Made by a program: the position numbers and the translations under genes. A stretch of DNA of 64,000 nt, taken from the NCBI GenBank assembly GCA_964016885.1, contig OZ024741.1:104036001-104100000 (forward strand), read 5' to 3'. Source of the DNA: Eledone cirrhosa. Lineage: Eukaryota. Below the pieces are notes generated by a model. It saw nothing but the letters and a program-made list of their open reading frames with translations, was not told the origin of the DNA and did no database searches. Shown in pieces: positions 52,261-64,000 of this stretch (positions within the stretch are counted from its first letter, which is position 1; every line of letters starts with the position of its first letter).

Positions 52261-53760
52261 TTGTGCAACTACCAGTGCTTTTATTGTGTACACTGCTACT
52301 AGAAAACTCAGCAACAAAGGTTAATGACTTCTGCCTGATCTTTTGGCTAGTGTTGTTATTGTTGTTGTTTCTGTTGCTGCTGCCTGTTTCAACTATCACT
52401 GAGGCAGCAACTGCTCGTATTGGTAGTTGTAAGAAAGGCGTTGTTTGAAATTGTTACTTTTTTCAAATGTTTCTGTGGTGGTAGTGTGGTGTGGATGTCA
52501 TTGTGGCTGTTGGTTTTGCCTCTGTCTATGAATAGACTGCTGCTGATTTTTTTCCTTTGAGGTCAGGTAGGGCTACCAGTGAACCTTGTAAAAAAAGGGG
52601 TGAGACTATTTCTGTTACAGTTGATTTGTGCTATCTCTTCACCATTAATATTACTATCATTATCATCATCATTATTACTATTATCATTATTGCCATTATT
52701 ATTGCTGTTTTTGTTCTTGTGGCTACTTTATGTAGCCATGGTGACAGTGTTGTTGTCATCGTTGATATTGTTGTTATTCTCTGAGTTGTCGTTTTTGTCT
52801 TTGCCATAGAAAATGGGATTAGCAAATTGTCTTTATTGTTATTATTATTGTTCCTTTATGAGTCGTTGCTGATTTGGATTTTGTTGTCATTGTCAGCTAC
52901 ATTATATAGCCTTAGTTGAAGGATTGGCAAGTTTCAGTTGCTGGCTCTGCTACTATGTGTAAATTGACATTTGTGACTGCCATTTTCTCCTCAAAATGTT
53001 TAACTTCCCATGTTGAATTTTTCGAAGAGTTGGAGAAGAGAGAAAAAACTTTGGAACAGGCCTCAAGAGCCTGTTCTGTGATAGAAGATATATGTGACCT
53101 CTACAGCACTTGCCTGGTCATTTGCCAAAACTGATGAGTGTTTTTGGCCAACCATGGTTGTTGTAATGTGCAAAATTGGACAAAAATTTACACCCTGAAT
53201 GAACCAGCATGTGTCACTGCAAGGGAGCCTATTATTATTGAAGGTGGATTGGCGTATCGGTAGAACGTTGGACAACGTTTTGTGGGCATTGAGTTATATC
53301 CCTTTATGTTCTGAGTTCAAATCCTGCTGAGGTTAGCTTTGCCTTTCATCCTTACAAGATAGATAAAATGAAGTACCAGTAATGCACTGGAGTTGATTTA
53401 ATCGACTTTCCCCTCCCTCTAAAATTGTTGGCCCTGTGCCTAACTAAATCAGAAACTGGTGGTTTGGTAGTATCGGTAGAGGGTCGGACAGCATGCTTTG
53501 CAGAATAGCTACGGCTCTTTACGTTTTGAGTTCAAATCCCACCAAGGTTAACTTTGCCTTTCATCCTTACGAGGTCGATAAAATAAAGTACCAGTCACGC
53601 ATTGGTCCCCCAAACTTTCTCCTCCCCAAAATTGCTGGCCTTGTGCCTATATAAGAAACCATTCTTTTCTTTTCTTAGTATTTCTATTATTTTTCTTTTA
53701 TGGCCCTAGTGGCCAATAAATAAATAATTCTGATTATTTTCTTTGTACTCTCTTTACTAG

Positions 53761-53896
53761 GCAGTGTATGCACCATCTCCAACATTTAACACCATTCAAG
53801 CAATGGAAGTAGTGAGAGGCTTTTATTGTGATTCCATCAATCTCGGTAAAGATACAACAATTAGTGACAAGGACCAGGATGGCGCTGACAATTTTG
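53761..53896 (+). CDS. BUB1: MadBub exon 12, CD1 (Mad1-binding) motif
   Basis: APSPTFNTIQAMEVVRGFY matches Bub1 CD1 (PSPTxxTxxA); phase 0-1. Confidence 0.9.
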
Positions 53897-53924
53897 GTAT
53901 TTTGCTTCTCTCAGTTTTTCTGTA

Positions 53925-54580
53925 GTGACATGGTAAATGTAATAATGGTGATATGGTAGTAGTGTTGGCTGTAGTGGTGATATGGTAGTAGTCATGGTGG
54001 TAGTGGTGATATGGTAGTAGTGTTGGCTGTAGTGGTGATATGGTAGTAGTCATGGTGGTAGTGGTGATATAGTAGTAGTGTTGGCTGTAGTAGTCATGGT
54101 GGTAGTGTTGGTTGTAGTGGTGATATGGTGGTAGTGTTGGCTCTTAGTAGCCATGGTAGTAGTGTTGGTTGTAGTGGTGACATGATGGTAGTGTTGGCTG
54201 TAGTGATGACATGGTAATGTTGGCTGTAGTGATGACATGGTAGTATTGGCTGTAGTGTTGACATGGTAGTAGTGTTGGCTGTAGTAGTCATGGTGGTAGT
54301 GTTGGCTGTAGTGGTGACATGGTGGTAGTGTTGGCTGTAGTGGTGACATGGTGGTAGTGTTGGCTGTAGTAGTCATGGTGGTAGTGCTGGTTGTAGTAGT
54401 CATGGTGGTAGTGCTGGTTGTAGTAGTCATGGTGGTAGTGTTGGTTGTAGTAGTCATGGTGGTATGGTAATGGGGTTGGTTGTAGTGGTGACATGGTAGT
54501 AGTGGTGGTTGTACTGGTGACCTGGTAATGTGGTTTGTTGTAGTGGTGATATGGTAATTAGGTTGGTTGTAGTGGTGACT
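53925..54580. repeat. GT-rich minisatellite (27-30 bp units)
   Basis: Repeats of ATGGTAGTAGTGTTGGCTGTAGTGGTGA(C/T) and variants. Confidence 0.9.
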
Positions 54581-54688
54581 GAATGTATAGAAGTACATAC
54601 ACTGACAAATGTTTGTTGATAAACTCTTGTATTTCATCAGTTATAAAATTAATCTAAATTTTAACTGGAACCTTTTTCTAATTTCTAG

Positions 54689-54812
54689 TAAAATCTGAAG
54701 CAGTATATCAGGAACCAGTATGTACAATGGCCCCTTTCGCTATCTGTGAAGATGAACAGGAATTTAAGACACCAGCTCCTATTAAATCTGTCAAGAGTGC
54801 TCTTTTAACCCA
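54689..54812 (+). CDS. BUB1: MadBub exon 13 (ABBA-like FAICED)
   Basis: VKSEAVYQEPVCTMAPFAICEDEQEFKTP...; phase 1-2. Confidence 0.82.
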
Positions 54813-54886
54813 GTAAGATTATTGAATACTATTTGTTGTGAGTGTATGATTGTCTTCTGATATTTAGTTTCAATCAGTGGAGTCAT

Positions 54887-55032
54887 AGGGGCACTGTCAT
54901 TACAGTGTGCCTTTGGCAGGTCTTCAAATGCCAAAGGCACACTGTAATGACAATGCCCCTAAAATAACAAGAAATTGACCATGATCAAACTTCAAGAGGG
55001 AAGTTTGATCATGGTCAATTTCTTGTTATTTT
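54887..55032. repeat. Two abutting hairpins (32-bp and 33-bp arms)
   Basis: 54887-54960 (1 mismatch, 10-nt loop) and 54961-55032 (perfect, 6-nt loop). Confidence 0.95.
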
Positions 55033-55275
55033 ATTTCGTCTTTGTCCTGGTCTACGGTCTTCTTACTTGTCTTCTTCTGAGAAAGAGAATTGATTACGGA
55101 ACCTGACTGGTACTTTATTGTTCCCAAAAAGACGAAAGGCGAAGTTAGCCTTGGTCGGATCTGAGCACAGAGCGCCAGAATGAATACCACAAAGTATTGC
55201 GTCTGTGCTTCTAACTACTTTCAATTTACTACCTGGTTTTTCACTTGACATTCTTTTCTAGTGTGAATGCCTTAA

Positions 55276-56678
55276 CCCTTTAGCATTCAAACCGACAAGA
55301 TTATGTCCCCTTTCATTTATTCAAACCGACATTTAATACCACACGGAGATCTCCTTCTAAAAATAAACATTGACATCATCGAAATCTCGTCAATTCGAGA
55401 TTAATGTGAGATAAAGCCCTTACGCACGAAAATTAACTCTTAGTATAGTTAAAGAACTTGCGATAACACGTGTTTTTAATGTTGAAAATAGTGACAATGA
55501 ATTTGAAGGTTTTACATCCGATGACATTCGAGATCAAAAAGAAACAGAAGATAATATCAGTGATTTATCTTCAAACGAATCAGATATATTTATTTCTGAT
55601 ATATCTGATAGTCACTTTGAAAGAGAAGATTTGACTGACACCATTGAAAAAACACCAACGTGGTTGAAAGAAACAACATCGATACATGTTTCGGATTTTA
55701 CTGAAAATATTGGACCACAACACACATGACCTCCCGATGCTAAAGCACTGGATTATTATTTTTTATTTTTACCACAAACTTTCTTCGAAGTTGTGGCAAA
55801 TCGCTATGCACAACAACAAATTTCTAATATCGGAAAACCTGATCAGTTATGGCGTCCGACAGATTCTGCCGAAATGAAAGCGTTTTTTACCATAAATATT
55901 ATGTTTGGTATTAAACAATTTCCACAACTGTGGAATTATTGGAGTACTGATATAAGGTTTGGTGACCCTTATATATCTAGTATTATGGCAAAAACGAGAT
56001 TCATCAAATTAAACCAGTATTTGCATCTGGTTGATATTTCAAATGCCCCTGGTAGAAATGAATCAAATTACGACCCACTGTACAAAGTACGACCATTAAT
56101 TGAAGTATTGTCAGAAAAATTTAAAAGTGTGTATAAACTTATATATTGGGAACATTCTGTTACGTAAATTTACACCGTACATTTACAGAGTACATTGCCA
56201 ATATTATTTTGACTAGTGAAAAGGTTTTATACATTTTTTTTCAATGAAAATATTTGCCTGGAATGTAGAGAAAGACTGATTACACCTGCATTTTTAATTA
56301 ATTCACCTGTTTGGAAAACTGCTAGAATTGATGGAAATCAGCATCTAGATCATTATTGGATTTTTTTGCAACAAATCTAACAGATAAGGCAGATAAAGTT
56401 TAAATTTTTGTGTTTATCCATAAAGTTATTACTTTTACACCTGTTAATTAATTTCACCTGCCCATAAAAGTCAAATTTAATAAAAAAAAATCAGGTAAAA
56501 ATATATAATTGTAAATTATAGTTATTTAAACATCTACTGACAAAATTTCAAGTCTGCATATAGAAAATTAAAGTAACTACAAACAAATAAAATTGATAAC
56601 CCTCTTGAGTATAATTAAGTGAAAATAATGCGAATAGATGAACATGACATTTGACAATTCAATGTGAATGCTAAAGGG
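55276..56678 (+). mobile_element. Internally deleted piggyBac transposon
   Basis: TTAA TSD on both sides, TIR CCCTTTAGCATTCA / TGAATGCTAAAGGG, transposase N-terminal remnant (EMKAFF...YWSTD...DPLYKVRPLIE). Confidence 0.92.
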
Positions 56679-56937
56679 TTAAAGCGTTTTGTTTTGTTTT
56701 GTCTCTGTACATTTTGATTTCAAGTTCTACCAGGAATGAGTAACTTTCCTTCTCTCTGCACTTAATATATTGCAGGTGACAGTAGTGTTGTCATCAGTCG
56801 ATCTGCTTGAAGCAAGCTCCTAACACATTTGGGGGCAGCTTAATTTAATTTGTATATGATCATTCTTACAATATGAGTGAGCCAACATTCTCAAAAGTAA
56901 CAGTGATTCACACACACGCACGCACACGTGCGCGCAT

Positions 56938-57008
<71 letters not shown>

Positions 57009-57056
57009 GAAAATTGGAATGGGAACAAAAACAGAGAGGCAGTACAAACAGATATA

Positions 57057-57760
57057 TCATCATCGTTTAACGTCCATCTTCCACGCTAGCATGGGTTTGC
57101 ACGGGAATTTTCCCACTTGAGGCAAGATTGGTTGTCTTGCCCGTATAGGACTGTCTAGCGGGTTTTCTACGGCTGGATGCCCTTCCTAACACCAACCACG
57201 TTTACAGTGTGGACAGGGAGGTTTTTACCGTGTTACCTACATGGCCACATTACAGCGTGGACTGTGTGTTTTTTTGTCGTGACACCTACACGACCTCATT
57301 TGTTTCGGACTGGATGTTGTGGTACCAACATAACTTTACATTGGAAGGGGTGGTGTGGATGGGGTGGAGGTGTATTTTTGTTAGAGGTGCCTACTGACTG
57401 TAGGTTTCGCTTTGTACTTAGGCAAGGCGGGTCTTCTGTATTACTGTGTAGCGCCAAAGATCTTGGTCCAGTGACATTGTCTTGGAGAGGTGTAAGTGTG
57501 AGGTCGGAATTTATCAAGTCGTCCCAGGTTTTTTTGGGTCTGCCTACTCCGTGGCTACCGTCTATTTTTATCGCCCTGCACTTTTTTATACAGCTGTCGT
57601 CTTTCATGCGCATCACGTGACCGTACCAACGTAGTCTTCTCTCGAGTAAACAGCATCTCATCCCTCTTATTCCTAATTTCTCCTTTAGTTCGTTTATGCT
57701 TTGCCGTTCACGTATATTACTATTACACATCCAGCGGAGCATGCAAGCTTTGTTCCTCTA
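57057..57760 (-). mobile_element. RTE LINE 3' fragment (further piece at 58092-58224)
   Basis: MLRWMCNSNIRERQ...GRPKKTW and the family 3' UTR. Confidence 0.85.
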
Positions 57761-59072
57761 GATCATCATCATACGTCCGCTTTTCCCTGTTTGCAAGGGT
57801 GGGACGGGAACTGATTCTGGCTTGATTTCTACAGCTAGATGCCCTTCCTAACGCCAACCTCATTTACAGTGAGTGCTGGGTGCTTTTTTGCCATGGCACC
57901 TACACGACCACTTTGCAGTGGAATGATAGGAACCCCAGTCTCTATCATCTCATTTCTACAGCTGAGTAAACTGGAGCAATGTGAAATAAAGTGTCTTGCT
58001 CAAGGAAACAACACATCACCCAGTCTGAGAATTGAACTCACAGCCTTTCAATTGCAAGGCCAATGCTCTAACCACTAAGCCATGTGCCTCCATTCTCCAG
58101 TCTGCGTATATCCTCTGCACACAATGCCCAGGTCTCACTGCCATGTAACATTGCTGTTCGTATGCAGGCATCATACAGCCTGCCTTTCATTTCTAGAGAG
58201 AACCCTTTAGCGGCCAATAGTGGTATATATATAATGTTATCCATATGCATCTCTTTACAGAGTTTAAAGCTTAGCATCCAGTTGCTTTTGTTTATTTGTG
58301 AATGAAATACGTTCAGTTAATTTAATCTTTTCATTTACTTGGTTTATTTAGTCATAGCAGGATTGAAATAAATAACAGTATCTAATAACTTATCTATTTA
58401 TATTGAATATTATCATTTAACATCCACTTAAGAAAAATATATTATCCTGCATTTAATATTCAACAAAACATAAACAATTTTATATCGTTATGGTTGATAT
58501 TCTATAGAATGTTTTTAATGTAGAAATATTTTATCAATACCAAATTTATTTTAAGATTTTTTCTAGAAATTGTTGTATAGATACAGTTGGTACCACAGCT
58601 ATGTGCCATAATAATTACTTTTCAGAAACGTTACATGCATTACACAATAATTCAATGAATATTAAAAAAATGTTAGCCAAGATATTGTTACTTGAAGATG
58701 TCAATATACTGATTGTTTCTCTACATAATACTACTATTGTGATTGGTCAATTACTTTATCAGTCTATGGTACTCTGTTGTTGATTGGCTAAAAAAAACCT
58801 AGACCATGAAAATTATAAACAGAAATTATAAAAATTAATTATTATATATAATAATTTAATTATCATGTATAAAATGTTTATCCCAGATATGTGGCACAAA
58901 AATCAAAAACTAATCCTATAAGTGGCATATACCCTATGTCCTAATATTGCAGGGGGTTATAGTGTTGTTCTCATTAAACCCACATGTAGCAAACTCCCAA
59001 TCAGATTTAAAGAAAATGGACTATTGATTTGCGATTCTGTGTTTTTAACATTTTGTATTTATTTCACTACAG

Positions 59073-59127
59073 ATCATCATGTACAACGTTGAAAGATGGG
59101 AGCAGTGTTTCAGATAAAGAAACCAAA
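59073..59127 (+). CDS. BUB1: MadBub exon 14
   Basis: SSCTTLKDGSSVSDKETK; CAG/GTAAGT; phase 2-0 links exons 13 and 15 in frame. Confidence 0.75.
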
Positions 59128-59351
59128 GTAAGTACATCTTTTATATTTACATTAGTTAACCTCTATAAAGTTGACAAACCTGAGTTGGGTTTAAAACTTT
59201 GATGGAGATGGCATTTATATTTGAGATACTTTCAAGGCACCATCCAGTACACTCTGTAAAGAAGTTGGTTTCAAACAGACAACATAGGGTCAAGAGGTAT
59301 GCTGTAGCCCAGTTAAGGACATGTCTTTTGTGTGAGTACCAAGATAAAATG

Positions 59352-61838
59352 CATCATCATCGTCATCATCATCACCGTTTTACGTCCGTTCTTCCACGCT
59401 AGCATGGGTTAGACGGGTTGTCCTGTTGTGGGCAGTGTCTGGTCGGCTGACCATGCCTTGCTCATAAAGGAACTGATTTGGCTTGATTTCTACAGCTGGA
59501 TGCCCTTCCTAACACCAACCTCATTTACAGTGAGTGCTGGGTGCTTTTTTCCGTGGCGCCTACACGTCCACTTTACAGTGTGGGCTGGGTGCTTTTTTGC
59601 CGTGGCACCTCCACAACCACTTTGCAGTGGGAGGGTGTGGGGGCATATTGTCTATATGCTTCAGCTTGTACCCATGGGAGGTCGGGTACTCTGTATTACT
59701 GCGTGACGCCAGTGGTCACGGTCGTGTGTCATTGCCTTTGAGAGGTGTAATTGGGTAAGGTCGGCTTTTATCACCTCATCCCAGGTCATCTTGGGTCTCC
59801 CCACTCCGCGGTTTCCATCGACTTCTAGTGCTCTGCACCTTTTTATGCAGCTGTCATCCTTCATATGCATCACATGTCCATACCAGTGCAACCGCCTCTC
59901 CTGCACACAGCATTTGATTCCTCTTATGCTCAGTCTCTCTCTTAATTCATTTATGCTTTGTCGTTCACGTATATTACTGTTACACATCCATCGGAGCATG
60001 CAGGCCTCGTTTCTTTCTAATCTACGTAAGTCTTCCACCTTCAGCGCCCAGGTCTCACTACCATGCAACATCACTGTTCGGATACACGCATCATACAGTC
60101 TGCCTTTCATTCTGAGGGAGAAGCCTTTTGCAGCTAGCAGTGGTAGTAGTTCCCTAAAACTTCTTCCATCCCGTTCTTACCCTAGTTATTGTACTTTCTG
60201 AACACCCACCTCTGCTGCTAATTCGGTCACCTAGGTAGCAGAAGCTGTCTACTGTCTCTACAGAGCCCTCCCAGAGATTGGTGGTACTTGTTTCCTGTGG
60301 CTGTTTGCTGCTTGCTGTCCCAGCACAGCTGCTGCATGTGAAGCCTACATTCTTAACTAAGCTTCCTGAGATCCCGCTACATCTCTTGTGTACCCATTGT
60401 TTGCATTTGGGGCAGAGAATGGAGTTCCTACCTACACCTTTCCTACATACTGAGCAAGGCCATTTCCCTGAGGGGATCTGGGTTCTGTTTTCTCGTCTAC
60501 TTACAAGGACCTTAGTCTTTGTCATGTTGACTTTGAGACCCTTTCTTTCTAGTCCCTGCTTCCATGTTTGGAATTTATTCTCTAGTTCTACCATAGATTC
60601 AGCTATAAGTGCGAGGTCATCAGCATACAGGAGTTCCCATGGGCATCTGGTCTTAAACTCTTCCGTTATTGCCTGCAGGACTATGATGAACAGGAGGGGG
60701 CTAAGAACAGAGCTCTGGTGGACACCAACCTGTACGCTAAATTCCTCGCTATACTCATTGCTAATCCTAACTTTGCTGACTGCTCCCCTATACATGGCTT
60801 GTACTGCTTTCACAAGCCATTCATCTACTCCTAGTTTTCTAAGAGCCCACCAGATTACAGCACGTGGAACTCTGTCAAAGGCTTTCTCAAGGTCGACAAA
60901 TGCCAAGTAGAGTGGCTTACTTTTAGCTAGGTACTTTTCCTGTAACTGCCTCACAAGGAAGAGGGCAGCAGTGGTGCCTCTTCCTGGTACAAACCCAAAT
61001 TGCATCTCGTCTATTTTCACCCGGTCCCTAATCAACTGTGCTATAACTCTTTCTGTTACTTTGATGACCTGGTCCATCAACTTTATACCTCTATAGTTTC
61101 CTCTATCTAGTGCATCACCTTTACCTTTGTAGCAGTTGACAATGATGCTAGTGCACCAATCTTTTGGTATGACACCTTCTAGTATTACCTGGTTAACAAT
61201 ACGTGTGGTTATAGTGTGACCTACAGACCCAGATGCCTTCAGCATCTCGGCAGCTATACTCGATGGACCGGTTGCCTTCCCCATCTTCATATCTTTGATT
61301 GCCTTACTACGTTGCTGCTGACTTGTACTGCTGGCCCCTCTATAGGGTCTACTTGGGGTAGGGTCTCTTCTTCCCATGCATTCTTCTCATTTAGTAATCC
61401 ATCATAATGACTCTTCCATGCATCTTTCTTCTCAGCACTTGTGAGGGCAAGCTCACCTTTATCATTCCGGATACACTTCTCTCCAATGACATCACAACTA
61501 TCTCTGACACACTGCCTCGCAATCTTGAACACCTTCTGTTTCTGGTCCTAACGTTGCAAAACATGCTTGAATTTTCTATCCTCTGCTTCCCTCCTAGCTA
61601 AGTATACTTGTCGCCTAGCTTCCCTCTTGGTCTCTATGTAATGTACCCTGCTCCCCCCGTTCTTCCATTCTTTCCATGCCTGTCTCTTGGCCTTAACTGC
61701 TTCATCTACCTTATTGTTCCACCACCAAGTCACTCTCCTCCTGCTTGAGGTCTTACTCCAGCCACAGACCTCATCCGTCGCCTCTAGTAAATTATTTTTT
61801 AGTAACCCCCAGTTCTCTTCTACATTGAATGCATCTAG
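59352..61838 (-). mobile_element. 5'-truncated RTE LINE, second subfamily, RT with frameshifts
   Basis: 407-aa frame with FVDLEKAFDRV, LYADD, FCYLG, plus adjoining frames and tail. Confidence 0.95.
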
Positions 61839-62399
61839 TATACTTTATAAAATAGTGGTGTTTGTGTTACTATAAAATGCACTCGGTACACTCTGTAAAG
61901 TAGTTGACATTAGGAAGGGTATTCAGCTGTAGCTGTCGTAAAATGGAAGACGTGTACTGAACATGGTTCTCCAACTTGTCTAGTTTCAAGTTATAACAAC
62001 TTCTCCAACCCATGCAAGTATGGAAAAACATATAAAAAATTATGGTGCTGGTGTTGATGATAATGGGGTGGGTAATGATGGTGATGGTAATGAAGTCTGT
62101 TACGTCCGTTTTGTCATCTTCATTTTATGTCCGCTTTTCCATGTTTGCAAGTGTTGGATGAGATCTCTTTACTGACCGGCTTTTTTTACAGTCAGACGCC
62201 CTTCTTAATGCCATCCCATACTTTATTTTAAGTAAGGCATATGCTTCTAAAGTTCTTTTAACTGCTTTACTATACTGCAGGAGACATCATTTATGCAGGA
62301 CATAAATAACGCTAACTACAGCTGCTAGGAACGTGTGTTTGGGGTGGGGGGATTGAAGTGGGAAAGTTGAGAATAACTTAGGGAGTGCTAGTAGGTGGA

Positions 62400-63172
62400 G
62401 GGGTAGGTCAGGTCACATTGTTTGCTGCAGGTCGGGCTTCTGCAGCACTGCATCGCGCTACCCTCACAGTCTTTAGTTAGTTCTGTTGTGAGGTTTATCT
62501 TTTTAAGGTCAGTCCTTACACCATCATCCCATGTCTTCCTGGGTCTGCCTCTTCCACGGGTCCCAGCTACTGGAGTTTCTTTGCATTTCTTTATGCAGCC
62601 GCTATCTTCCATGCACATTACATGACCATACAACGCAGTCTTCTCTCTTGCACAATACAACCAATTCCTCTTATGCCAAGTTTTTCCTTCAGTTTGCTTA
62701 TGCTCTGTTGCACACTAACATTATGCATCCATCAGAGCATACTCAACTCATTTTTTTCTAGCCTTCGCAGGTCTTCTGCAGTCAAGGCCCATGCCTCACT
62801 GGCTTGTAACATTGTGGTTTGCACACAGTCATCATACAGTCTACACTTCAGTCTAAGAGAAAAGCATTTTGTTGTTAGAAGTGGTAATAGATCTCATAAC
62901 TTCTTCCATCCTGTTCTTGTCATAGCTACCACACTTTCAGTGCACCCCCTCTCTCCCCACTACTAATTTGATTGCCTAGGTAGCAAAAGCTGTCCACAAC
63001 TTCAAGAGAGTTCCCCTGACAGCTGAGGGAATCTAGTTCATGTATGTTTTTTGTACTTACTTCCCCTGTGCATCTGCTGTATATAAAGTTTCTGTTAGCC
63101 TGCCTGCAATCCCACTACATCTTTTGTGTGTCCATACTTTACATTGTGTGTACCTTATTGAATTGCCATCAG
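62400..63172 (-). mobile_element. Degenerate RTE LINE fragment
   Basis: WTHKRCSG; LYGHV...RGRGRPRKTW. Confidence 0.8.
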
Positions 63173-63440
63173 CTGTAAAATACTTGGCCAAATTTATAGT
63201 CCTCACTGAAGCAAGGTGAAACGTGGCTAACCATGGCCAGACTTGCTTCTTGACATGGACGACCTGTCTAACACATGCAAGCATGGAAGAATTGACGCTA
63301 AATGGAAATGATGAATGAGTTAGACAATATCAAAGATTGGTGACAGTATTGTAACATGGTTGGTGAGTGTTGTGATATTATTGTGACAATGTCAGTTAGT
63401 TGATGACAATAATTATTCTTTAATTTTCTTTTCTTTGAAG

Positions 63441-63790
63441 ATTGAAAAGTCTGTTCGAAGTTTTCATCTGCCGATGCCAGACATGAATGAAATTACGCTG
63501 GGTTTCAATAATTTCAATGTTCCAAACCTTCCAAACTCTAAAAGTTCAGCAGCCAAGCCTGACATTAAGGAACCATTGCAAATTTATGAAGATGATCCCA
63601 AGACAATTCCTTTAGGACAAGGGATCAATAAAAACATGGTGTCCACACCATTTCATCCCTCATTAAATGTTTTCTCTCTGCCTGACATGTCCAACATCAG
63701 TCTAATTAGTGGCGTACCATGTGTGACCACAGAAAATACCATTATGATGGAGAAACCTACTGAAAACATTACCAGAACTGTTGCATTGAG
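63441..63790 (+). CDS. BUB1: MadBub exon 15 (ABBA-like LQIYED, CDII-like VSTPFH); gene continues beyond the window
   Basis: IEKSVRSFHLPMP...VSTPFHP...TVAL; AAG acceptor, donor AG|GTCAGT. Kinase domain not yet reached. Confidence 0.82.
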
Positions 63791-64000
63791 GTCAGTATAG
63801 GAACTTTTTATATTTAGCTCTTGCCTTCAATTTGTTTTTATGGACAACAGCATATTTTGAGACAAGGGTTTTTGAATTTGAAAGTGCAAATTTGTTAAAA
63901 CCCAACTGGTATCTTAGCATAAACCGACATTTGCCTTTTTCAATCAAAACTGCCAGAAACTGTCCCTAGTTCTGTGACACAAAGCTGTTTCTTTTAAAGT

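Noticed and set aside
54050-54637. Thr/His-rich mucin-like ORFs
   Set aside because: Minisatellite translation, antisense to a MadBub intron.
54991-54999. TTCAAGAGG resembles the synthetic shRNA loop TTCAAGAGA
   Set aside because: One mismatch, 33-bp arms, no vector or Pol III promoter sequence; treated as coincidence.

Overview
Eukaryotic, AT-rich, microsatellite- and transposon-dense DNA. The [11 protein letters not shown]-type zinc-finger arrays and the SINE/RTE content point to an octopus or other coleoid cephalopod (inference, not database-checked). Three protein-coding genes are visible. Two are minus-strand C2H2 zinc-finger genes, each with one coding exon (25 fingers at 1180-3363; 9 fingers at 13809-14675). 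The third is the first 15 exons (24093-63790, +, about 726 codons, all intron phases consistent) of a spindle-checkpoint Bub1/BubR1 (MadBub-type) gene that runs off the right edge. The rest is RTE-clade LINEs, CRE- and R4/Dong-like non-LTR remnants, two tRNA-derived SINE families, and piggyBac, hAT, pogo/Tigger and Helitron remnants. The most notable unannotated signal is a cluster of minimal type I hammerhead-ribozyme motifs with palindromic stem III, as in Penelope-like elements. One is complete (19831-19883), others are truncated, degenerate or folded back, and most sit next to (TA)n tracts. Also notable: many inverted repeats placed to form dsRNA around exons, a tandem pair of about 70-nt hairpins in a MadBub intron, a vertebrate-style G2/M promoter (CCAAT boxes 33 bp apart plus CHR), and a MadBub whose second KEN box reads REN.
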